Below are positions 7,722 through 15,061 of a stretch of DNA of 32,000 nt, piece by piece. Both the position numbers and the translations under genes were made by a program. The notes under the pieces were generated by a model. The model saw nothing but the letters and a program-made list of their open reading frames with translations, was not told the DNA's origin and searched no databases. Location of the stretch: positions 1 through 32,000 of the forward strand of contig VHBL01000007.1 of the NCBI GenBank assembly GCA_016871995.1, read 5' to 3'. Every line of letters begins with the position of its first letter. Positions within the stretch are counted from its first letter, which is position 1. The DNA is from Nitrososphaerota archaeon. Lineage in GTDB: Archaea; Thermoproteota; Nitrososphaeria; Nitrososphaerales; UBA57.

Positions 7722-8684
7722 ATGGATAACGCTCTAATTAACAAAATTGAAGGCTCTCTTCTAAAATTAAGAATGTATCAAGCGCAGAGAACTCTCAGCA
7801 TAGAAAAATATTGGCAAATGACATCTTTTACAAAGTTAAGGAGTCGGTTCTCGGAAAAATATGCTTATGCTAACAGATACGATTGTTCGGCTTTCATGTT
7901 AGACTTTTGGAATAAAAAATGCCTTGAACTAGAAAAGAGATTCCTTCCATACCCCCCCTTTTCTTTTCTAAGGGACAAGACAATCAGAGCCACAATGAAT
8001 ATATCTGAAGGTTATGCTTTCTGGCTCTTACAAAAGTATCTCCAATTCCTAGAAACGAGACTTTCTGAAGATTACCTATCGAATATGCTTCAAGAAGATT
8101 ATGTTGGAGAGCAAATCATTCTTAATTCAAAATACATGACTTCGTATGAAACTGTCCAGCATCTTTATCACTTCTTAAAATTAGCTGATTTTGGATGCAA
8201 AATAGATGATGTATCAAGCGTTGTAGAATGGGGAGGAGGATATGGTGATATGGCGAAGCTTTTTGTCAGAATGAACTCAAATAGAAACGTCAGCTATACA
8301 ATAATAGATATTCCCATAATGTCCTGCCTTCAATGGCTTTATCTTTCAAGTATTTTTGGTGAAGGGAAGGTTAAGATTATCCAAGACAGAGGTGAGCGAA
8401 TTGATAACGGGAAAATAAATTTGCTTCCTATATCTCTGGTTGAAAAATGCGATATTAACGCTGATCTATTCATATCTACATGGGCTTTAAGCGAATGTAC
8501 TAATTATGCTCAAGATTACGTGGTCAATAAGAACTGGTTCAACGCTAGAAACATCTTGCTCGCCTATCAATATAACACTTCAGAGGTTCCAAATGCTGAA
8601 AGGTTAGGCAGGTTAGCAGAGCAAAGTGGAGCAAATGTGCAAGAAATGGAGATAGTGCCAAGACATCATTATGCTTTTCGGTAA
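7722..8684 (+). CDS. Putative class I SAM-dependent methyltransferase (sugar O-methyltransferase-like), cargo gene
   Basis: 320-aa ORF. VVEWGGGYGDMAKLF resembles SAM-binding motif I (E/DxGxGxG), followed by an acidic residue about 20 aa later (IIDIP). AT-rich relative to its surroundings. Assigned by motif only. Confidence 0.45.
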   Translation: MDNALINKIEGSLLKLRMYQAQRTLSIEKYWQMTSFTKLRSRFSEKYAYANRYDCSAFMLDFWNKKCLELEKRFLPYPPFSFLRDKTIRATMNISEGYAFWLLQKYLQFLETRLSEDYLSNMLQEDYVGEQIILNSKYMTSYETVQHLYHFLKLADFGCKIDDVSSVVEWGGGYGDMAKLFVRMNSNRNVSYTIIDIPIMSCLQWLYLSSIFGEGKVKIIQDRGERIDNGKINLLPISLVEKCDINADLFISTWALSECTNYAQDYVVNKNWFNARNILLAYQYNTSEVPNAERLGRLAEQSGANVQEMEIVPRHHYAFR

Positions 8685-8771
8685 CGGGGTTCAATTTAGG
8701 CTATTTCTACCACATGGTAAATATTGAATGTATAAATCTAATTAGAAGGCAGAAGATAGTACCTGTTAATA

Positions 8772-8946
8772 ATGGGACTGATGGGATTGGTGGAAATCCC
8801 GAACAACCTGCTAGGTAGATTTAATTAATTAGTTATGGTGGGACAATCAAACTATTCTAAAGTTAACCGAAGCTCTGTCAATGATTGATGTTGATGATGT
8901 TGACGAAGGGGACGATGATGCCGGTCTATAGATATATTATTTCTAT
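8772..8946 (+). repeat. Direct repeat copy 2 (downstream of methyltransferase-like gene), containing two micro-ORFs
   Basis: See copy 1. Micro-ORFs: 8772-8828 (MGLMGLVEIPNNLLGRFN) and 8881-8931 (MIDVDDVDEGDDDAGL). Confidence 0.85.
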
Positions 8947-9131
8947 GCTGATAATAGTTTGATTAGTTAACTTAGTGCAAAGTCCCTAGTATAGTCAGGC
9001 TCAAACCCTAGCTGACAAAGGCATGTTTCGGCATGGGTCCCCCTAGCCAAACAAAGAGGAAATTGGTTAACTCTTATTCAATATTCTCCTAGAAACTTAA
9101 CTTTAATAACCTGCAGGGACTATATCAAATC

Positions 9132-9746
9132 ATGCAAAGTCATTTAGTTTTGAAGGGAGCAGAAGAGCTGATTAAGGAAGAGCTAGGGGATAATCCTGCT
9201 CAGGATCAGAAGGTCAAGGTTTATGCTTCTCATTTAGCAGATAGATGCACTCAGTTATCAGGGGAAACATGGACTTCTAAGAACTGCACAAACTCTTTGC
9301 GATCTTACGGGCTTTGGGATAGCGAACGGTTTCCAACTTTGCAGGGGAAATACGGCTTCTACGTTTTAGTTTCTTTGAATGACCTAAAGCAATTGAACCT
9401 CTGGGAGTGCTATGTATGCAATAGCAGGATCGTCAAAGGTCAGGGTAATGTTTGGCCTCATATCTTTGAATGTTGGGTAGAAGGGGTTTCCTGCTCTAAT
9501 TTATATTGTAATACCGTTGTTAAATCCTATGAAGAGGTACTTGAACATGAAAAAAATTGTCAGGTTTCTTTTATACCCTATAACTATGGTAGTTGCCCTG
9601 CCTGCAATGCGAAAATAAAACTATCAGAAATCAGAAGGCATGTCAATCAATGCAAAGATATCTTATCATGGGAGGAGCCTGAGCAACCTAGCACAAAGGA
9701 AACAGAAACCCCTAGCATAATCGAAGTTAAGAATGAAGCGCCCTAG
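9132..9746 (+). CDS. Cysteine-rich protein with three C2HC-type zinc-finger-like motifs
   Basis: CYVCNSRIVKGQGNVWPHIFEC, CSNLYCNTVVKSYEEVLEHEKNC and CPACNAKIKLSEIRRHVNQC each follow a C-x2-4-C-x12-H-x3-C pattern. Confidence 0.55.
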   Translation: MQSHLVLKGAEELIKEELGDNPAQDQKVKVYASHLADRCTQLSGETWTSKNCTNSLRSYGLWDSERFPTLQGKYGFYVLVSLNDLKQLNLWECYVCNSRIVKGQGNVWPHIFECWVEGVSCSNLYCNTVVKSYEEVLEHEKNCQVSFIPYNYGSCPACNAKIKLSEIRRHVNQCKDILSWEEPEQPSTKETETPSIIEVKNEAP

Positions 9747-9792
9747 AAGAGTCAATCAGGATCTTCTAGCCATAATGCAAAGGTACGGGATT

Positions 9793-9946
9793 AGTGAAGA
9801 TGGTGAAGTTAGTGAAGGCAGTGAAGGTAAAAAACACCCCCCATTATTTCCAGAAGTTCGTCAATTAACTAATAAAGATTCGTCAGAAAAAACAGGGGAG
9901 GCTCTGGGAAGTTCACCACCTTCACCAAGTTCAGTAACTTCAGTAG
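9793..9946. repeat. Inverted arrays of 9-bp-phased GTGAAG hexamers (4 forward at 9793-9828, 4 inverted at 9911-9946)
   Basis: Forward: agtgaagat ggtgaagtt agtgaaggc agtgaaggt. Inverted: gttcaccac cttcaccaa gttcagtaa cttcagtag. Spacer 82 bp. The arrays lie just outside the integrase 3' end. Confidence 0.8.
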
Positions 9947-9952
9947 ATAAAG

Positions 9953-11272
9953 TCAGGAAGGCAGTTTGATGATCGCTTTATCGTTAGGGATATGCGTTGC
10001 AAATTCCCAACCCTGCAATATGTAATTCTCCAATTCGTTAAGAGGAATAACCTTCTGCCTTGATCCATTACCCGTTAACATCTCTCTGTACTTCTTAGCG
10101 ATAAGCTCCTGAAACTCTTTGCTAGTTATGTTTGCCAAATCTAGTTTAGCGATCTCCCCTTCTGAATAACCTAAATCTGCCAATAGAGCAGCTCTAAACC
10201 CTCCTCTAACATCTTGCTGAGAGCTGATAACCCTAGTCTGCAAATATTCCTTTGAAGCTTTAGCATAGGAAGCTCTCATATCCTCTATTACGCTCTCAGG
10301 TAGTTTGTGCTTATTCGTTGTGTACCTAGCTTCGATATCCCCTTTATGTCCCATGAAAAAGACCCTATAATCTCTTAGAATGAGGCCCTTACTCTCAGCT
10401 AACATCATTTCAGTATCAAAATAACTTCTTAGAACATAGGGCCTCCATGAAAAACCTGCTTCCCTTATGGGACCTCTGAGAGCATCACCAATATTGTTAG
10501 ACCTGATAAACGGCCTGTCAGCTGCTTTGAATGTTGGTGATTTCGCTTTAATGAGAGGGGACTCTGGATCGAATTTACTAGTACCATTCCCCCTTAACCT
10601 GCTCTCAAGATAGTCTTTGAGATATTCGCAAGCCTCTTCATTCAGGAAGCTAAAGTATTGATGTCTTGCTTTGCTAAGTTGCGATCTGACAATAACCCTA
10701 GCAGGAATAACCGTAAAATTGACCTCTGACCCCTTGATCTCAAGCTCAGGAATATCCATAACTCTGAGTCCGTCAGAGCCGTCATAATTGCCAATACTTT
10801 CAAGCCTAAGGCCTGCAAAGCACACTAAGGAGGCCGTTGTCTTAACCTTCGGATCGGCAAAGGATAGTATCTTAACCAATTCCTTCTGAGTTGGGACTCT
10901 CTCTTCCTTCAGTGAAGGGGTTTCGTCAGCTCCTTTGACCTTGATTTTTCTTTTAACTTCAATCCCATGATGAGAGAGCCATGACTTTACATTCTTTAAC
11001 CTGCTTTCAACATAAGAGCCTGCATATTTCTGCCTCTCCATAGAGCTGACATAATCCATAAGGAGATTATAGAGGTCCTGCTCATTCAGCTTCAAAAGGT
11101 CTTTAGGTTGCTTTCTAACATTCTGACAGAAGTTTCCTAGTCCACGAAGATAAACGTCAGCTGTTGTTATTGCACCCCTAGCAACATTCTCATACCATCT
11201 TTTGATATCAGGGTCTTTAAGGAGGGCTTGATGTTCACCTTTGCCTTTTTCCCTATACTTCCCCTTAGCCAT
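9953..11272 (-). CDS. Tyrosine recombinase/integrase (non-partitioning type)
   Basis: AGLRLES (Arg I), YVLRSYF (Arg II region) and MGHKGDIEARY (His/Tyr nucleophile). Adjacent to the target tRNA. I prefer the ATG at 11272 (MAKGKYREK...), because the track start at 11368 reads through the tRNA gene. Confidence 0.85.
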   Translation of the reverse strand: MAKGKYREKGKGEHQALLKDPDIKRWYENVARGAITTADVYLRGLGNFCQNVRKQPKDLLKLNEQDLYNLLMDYVSSMERQKYAGSYVESRLKNVKSWLSHHGIEVKRKIKVKGADETPSLKEERVPTQKELVKILSFADPKVKTTASLVCFAGLRLESIGNYDGSDGLRVMDIPELEIKGSEVNFTVIPARVIVRSQLSKARHQYFSFLNEEACEYLKDYLESRLRGNGTSKFDPESPLIKAKSPTFKAADRPFIRSNNIGDALRGPIREAGFSWRPYVLRSYFDTEMMLAESKGLILRDYRVFFMGHKGDIEARYTTNKHKLPESVIEDMRASYAKASKEYLQTRVISSQQDVRGGFRAALLADLGYSEGEIAKLDLANITSKEFQELIAKKYREMLTGNGSRQKVIPLNELENYILQGWEFATHIPNDKAIIKLPS

Positions 11273-11326
11273 AACACTAAGTCTAAAAGATTGCACTAGA
11301 TAAGGGTATCTGAACCCGTTTATAGA

Positions 11327-11400
11327 TGGACCGGGAGGGATTCGAACCCTCGACCCCCACCATGCCAAAGTGGTATCCTACCAGGCTAGACGACCGGCCC
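11327..11400 (-). tRNA. tRNA-Ala (anticodon GGC)
   Basis: Manual cloverleaf: GGGCCGG/CCGGTCC acceptor with the G3:U70 alanine identity pair, anticodon loop TTGGCAT, T-arm GAGGG-TTCGAAT-CCCTC, discriminator A, no encoded CCA. Confidence 0.9.
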
Positions 11401-11514
11401 ATGTTCAGAAAGTGATCTTAAAGCGCGTTTTGGAGTCCTTATTTGGTTTTTCTAATCCAATCGAAACTTAGCCCTAGTGTAGTTGTACATTTTTGACTGC
11501 AAATAAGATTAATT

Positions 11515-11874
11515 ATGCGGTACCCAATTGGTGAGACCATGACCGAACGAAGAGAGATCCCTGTCAAGATGAGATATTCAGACAAGTTCAGCAGCATTTA
11601 TGCGACTGGCGCAGTTGGAGGCTTCAACGGCTATGATTTTCGCATAGCGTTTTTTGTCGATAGAGTTATCCATGCAGAAGATCCGAGCATGCTCCCTACT
11701 GGAGTCAGGGAGATTCAAACGGAGGTTCTGCTTTCGCTCAGGGCTGCAAAAGAACTTAGGGACTGGCTTGATGCCAATGTCAGGGAGATAGAGAAATCGA
11801 TGGGCGAGATTAAGAAACCCGAAGAGGGCCAGCCTGTAAGGGCCGTTGACAGCACAACAAAGCCGTATGCATAA
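11515..11874 (+). CDS. Small conserved protein, DUF3467-like
   Basis: 119 aa. SSIYATGAVGGFNGYDFRIAFFVD resembles the DUF3467 core as I recall it. The stop overlaps the helicase start (TAATG at 11872-11876). Confidence 0.45.
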   Translation: MRYPIGETMTERREIPVKMRYSDKFSSIYATGAVGGFNGYDFRIAFFVDRVIHAEDPSMLPTGVREIQTEVLLSLRAAKELRDWLDANVREIEKSMGEIKKPEEGQPVRAVDSTTKPYA

Positions 11875-14447
11875 TGCTCCAAAGGTACCGCTGCCCACAG
11901 TGCAAATCAAAACTAGAAATTAGGAGGCTCTTTGACCTAAGGTATCTCCTGAACTGCTCGAAATGTGGCATCTCTGCTATCGTGCTCCCCCCTATTGATA
12001 GTCAGGATGAAGCCTACCTTTCTTTCCTTGGCTCCTATGACAGAAGAGAACTATCAAATGATCTAAAATACCAAGAGGTTCTGCAGCAAGAAAAAGTTGT
12101 ACGCAAAGAAGAAGACATTCGAAGGCTAGTAGAGGATGCTGGAACAACCCTGGACAGAATTCCTGCACCACTCCGAGACGCCCTTTTTTCAAAGAATGAT
12201 TATGTTGTAAATTATAGGATATTCGAGCCACAGGAGCCGAAATTAGGCTGCAGGCCAGAAGAGATTCCTTCAATCGTGCCTCTATCTCCTTCCCTTAAAG
12301 ACGCAGGGATTGACAGGTTCTACAAGTTTCAGGAAGAATCGTGCAAAGAGGTCTTGGAAGGGAAGAATGTAGTCATAGTGGCTCCAACGGGAGCAGGAAA
12401 AACGGAAGCTTTCGCCTGCCCAATAATAGCCAAGGTACACCAAGAGGTTTCAGAAGCAAAATTAGCAGGAATGGTAAGAAAGCGTGTCAGAGCTTTATTC
12501 ATTTATCCCACAAAGGCACTAACAAGGGATCAAGTTCCCAAGATACAAAACCTTGCAGCTCCTCTTGGAGTAAGGACTGCCATATTTGACGGAGATACTC
12601 CAAAGATAGAGAGGGACAGGATAATTGAAGAGCCTCCAGACATTCTAGCAACTAATTTCGATACAATACATGCTCACCTAATGAACAGGACAAAACTCTC
12701 CTTCATGCTAAGAAGCGTAAGGTACCTTGTCGTCGATGAGATCCACTCGTACTCAGGCACCTTTGGCACCAATGTATACTTTATACTAAAAAGATTGGAA
12801 AGGGTTTGCGGAGGATTCCAATGGGTGGCAGCCTCAGCGACGATAGAGAATCCAAAGGAGTTTACCCAGCAACTATTTGGCGAGGAGTCAGAGCTTATCG
12901 AATCAGGTCAGCTGCGACGCAGCAGAATGCACTTCACAATGCTCTTCCCAAGTCTCCGCTCACATAGGTCGCTAGCCCTTGACCTTGTGGAAAAGACTGC
13001 AAAGAGTAACTATGGCACGATAGTGTTTTCGTCATCGCATTTAGGCACAGAATTAACTGCCTTCTACGGCCGAAAAAAAGGAATCAACATCGCTGTTCAC
13101 AGGGCAGGTCTGCTGGCAAGTTTCAGAAAGACGGTAGAGGAGAACTTCAAGAAAGGTCTGCTAACAGCAATAGCAGCGACGCCTACACTTGAACTTGGCA
13201 TAGATATTGGCAGAGTGGATGCTGTAGTTTCAGACCTTGTCCCTGTAACAAGATTGATACAGAGGACAGGTAGAGCTGGGAGGAGAGGACAAGAGAGTCT
13301 GGCATTTTTGGTGCTCAGGGATAGCGACCCCATAAGCCAGTATTACAAGAACCACCCAGAGGATTATTTTGATGACGTAGAGCCTGGTTATATCGATCCC
13401 TTTAACCCTGTAATTGCTGACTTTCACCTCCTTGCAGCTTCGCTTGATGAGCCTTTGAAATCCAGTGAATTTGCAGAATACGTAGGTAATCTTGAAAGAC
13501 TACAAAAGTCCTTTTTGCTCAAGGAAATCCGCGGTAGATTATTCCCAGATTACAAGGAAGTCAGAAAGCTCCTGCAGAAATACGACATAAGGGGAATCGG
13601 TGAGAGTGTAGCGATAAGATTTGCAAACAAGACGATCGGAGAAAGGAATATGCCTCTGGCAATGGAGGAGCTTCACAAAGATGCTATCTATTTCCTTGCT
13701 GGCACACGTTATCGGTCGAAGAAGTTTGAATTCAATGGAGGAGCAGGTTATGCAGAGGTTGAACGCATATCCCCAAACTATCCATACTACACTAAGGCCC
13801 TGCTGGACGAATGGCCAACGGTAACGCAGGTCTTTGAAACCAAGAGCGTGAAGGATATCGAGGTTTCTTACTGCAATCTGCTGATAGAGAAGAAGGTTGT
13901 TGGCTATGTGAATATAGAAATCGGGAAGGAACTTGCGAGGGGGGAGAGAGTAATGCTAGAGGATCCTTTGTCGTACAAATTTGCGACAAAAGGCTTCGTC
14001 TTTAGAGCGCCAATGCCTAAGAATGCTCTGGAGAATGCCGAGGAAGAGGAAGTTGACAAGACCGCCATGAGCGCATTTCACGCAACTGAGCACGTCATAA
14101 TTGAAGGCTCTAATATGATTACTGGAGGGGCATCGCAAGACATGGGAGGGATTTCGCTAGGCACTTCTGGTCTTATCTTCGTCCACGACGGGACTCCTGG
14201 CGGGAATGGCGCATCAAAAGCACTGTACGACAGGCTCGATAAGGCATATGAGCGAGGGTTAAAGATTCTTTCAGAATGTCAGTGTACTTCCATCAGTGGA
14301 TGCCCAAGGTGCACCTATTCGTACAGATGCGGCAATAACAACGAGTTTCTGCACAAACTTGCAGCCAAGGAGGTGCTGGAAAGAATATTGGATGGGGAAA
14401 CTACCAACATTATTGAGCCTATGCTAGGTGAGAAGGCCATAGTCTAG
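11874..14447 (+). CDS. COG1205 (YprA/MrfA-type) DEAD/DEAH-box helicase with N-terminal Zn-ribbon and C-terminal DUF1998 Cys cluster
   Basis: CPQCKSK...CSKCG ribbon. Helicase motifs APTGAGKTEAF (I), PTKALTRDQ (Ia), VVDEIH (II), SAT (III), QRTGRAGRRG (VI). C-terminal FHATEH...CQCTSISGCPRCTYSYRCGNNNEFLHK is the DUF1998 four-Cys metal site. Confidence 0.85.
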   Translation: MLQRYRCPQCKSKLEIRRLFDLRYLLNCSKCGISAIVLPPIDSQDEAYLSFLGSYDRRELSNDLKYQEVLQQEKVVRKEEDIRRLVEDAGTTLDRIPAPLRDALFSKNDYVVNYRIFEPQEPKLGCRPEEIPSIVPLSPSLKDAGIDRFYKFQEESCKEVLEGKNVVIVAPTGAGKTEAFACPIIAKVHQEVSEAKLAGMVRKRVRALFIYPTKALTRDQVPKIQNLAAPLGVRTAIFDGDTPKIERDRIIEEPPDILATNFDTIHAHLMNRTKLSFMLRSVRYLVVDEIHSYSGTFGTNVYFILKRLERVCGGFQWVAASATIENPKEFTQQLFGEESELIESGQLRRSRMHFTMLFPSLRSHRSLALDLVEKTAKSNYGTIVFSSSHLGTELTAFYGRKKGINIAVHRAGLLASFRKTVEENFKKGLLTAIAATPTLELGIDIGRVDAVVSDLVPVTRLIQRTGRAGRRGQESLAFLVLRDSDPISQYYKNHPEDYFDDVEPGYIDPFNPVIADFHLLAASLDEPLKSSEFAEYVGNLERLQKSFLLKEIRGRLFPDYKEVRKLLQKYDIRGIGESVAIRFANKTIGERNMPLAMEELHKDAIYFLAGTRYRSKKFEFNGGAGYAEVERISPNYPYYTKALLDEWPTVTQVFETKSVKDIEVSYCNLLIEKKVVGYVNIEIGKELARGERVMLEDPLSYKFATKGFVFRAPMPKNALENAEEEEVDKTAMSAFHATEHVIIEGSNMITGGASQDMGGISLGTSGLIFVHDGTPGGNGASKALYDRLDKAYERGLKILSECQCTSISGCPRCTYSYRCGNNNEFLHKLAAKEVLERILDGETTNIIEPMLGEKAIV

Positions 14448-14497
14448 CAATGCAGGGTTTAGAAGGATTAATATGTAACTTTGAAATTAACGCAATC

Positions 14498-14788
14498 ATG
14501 TCCCTCTTCATAAGGCTACTGAGGTTCACGCCAGAAGGTGCCAAGGGGCTGAAACAGTTTGCTGCAAGGCGGGCAGAGTTTGCAAAATCGGCCAGCAAGC
14601 TAGGTATCAAAGTTGTTGGAGAATATGTCACCACAGGTAGATACGACCTGATAACCATCCTTGACGCTCCAAATCTTGATGCAGTGCTAAAGCTGAGCGC
14701 AAAGGTTGCAGCTACTGGAAGGACGACGTCAGAAACACTGTCTGCCGTGACTGCTAAGCAGTTCGAGAAACTCGCAAAGTCTGCTTGA
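14498..14788 (+). CDS. GYD-domain protein
   Basis: MSLFIRLLRFTPEGAKGLKQ...VVGEYVTTGRYDLITILDAPN fits the GYD family pattern (GxYD, then the D.P motif). The internal ATG is preferred over the track start at 14450. Confidence 0.65.
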   Translation: MSLFIRLLRFTPEGAKGLKQFAARRAEFAKSASKLGIKVVGEYVTTGRYDLITILDAPNLDAVLKLSAKVAATGRTTSETLSAVTAKQFEKLAKSA

Positions 14789-14789
14789 T

Positions 14790-14984
14790 CTACTTTAGCT
14801 TGGCGTACAAGGTTACAAAGCCAGAGACTATCATTGTAATTGCTATAAAATAGAATACTGGAGAAACCTGCGGAGCTACCGGAGAAGTTGCTGTAAGCGC
14901 AACCAATATGGCCCCTAATACTAAGAACATCAAGCCTACAAATTTCACTAATGTGTTAAGGCGTTTTTCAACTATACTTGACAT
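14790..14984 (-). CDS. Small membrane protein (2 TM)
   Basis: 64-aa ORF with two hydrophobic helices. No overlap with neighbours. Confidence 0.4.
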   Translation of the reverse strand: MSSIVEKRLNTLVKFVGLMFLVLGAILVALTATSPVAPQVSPVFYFIAITMIVSGFVTLYAKLK

Positions 14985-15061
14985 TTTTTGACAGATAGGC
15001 TACACTGGATGCTATATTTAACATTGCTTGCCAAGACACAATCTTAAATTCCAACATTCTG

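Larger units (their letters stand above)
2258..11338. mobile_element. ~9.1 kb integrated plasmid/virus-like element inserted in the 3' end of tRNA-Ala(GGC)
   Basis: Direct repeat tggaccgggagg at 2258-2269 and 11327-11338, the latter being the 3' end of the tRNA. Integrase lies adjacent to the tRNA. Prim-pol, SF3 helicase, RHH/wHTH regulators, Zn-finger proteins and an ATPase lie between the repeats. Confidence 0.75.

Noticed and set aside
11273-11368. The ORF-track integrase starts at 11368 (MAWWGSRVRIPPGPS...) and reads through the tRNA-Ala 3' half. This could suggest an SSV-type integrase partitioned by integration.
   Set aside because: That stretch is simply the tRNA translated. I read the same frame through the distal att copy on the minus strand (2258-2330). 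It shows an in-frame TAA and no Met upstream, so there is no int(N) fragment at the other end. An ATG at 11272 with a typical basic N-terminus (MAKGKYREK) gives a complete integrase.
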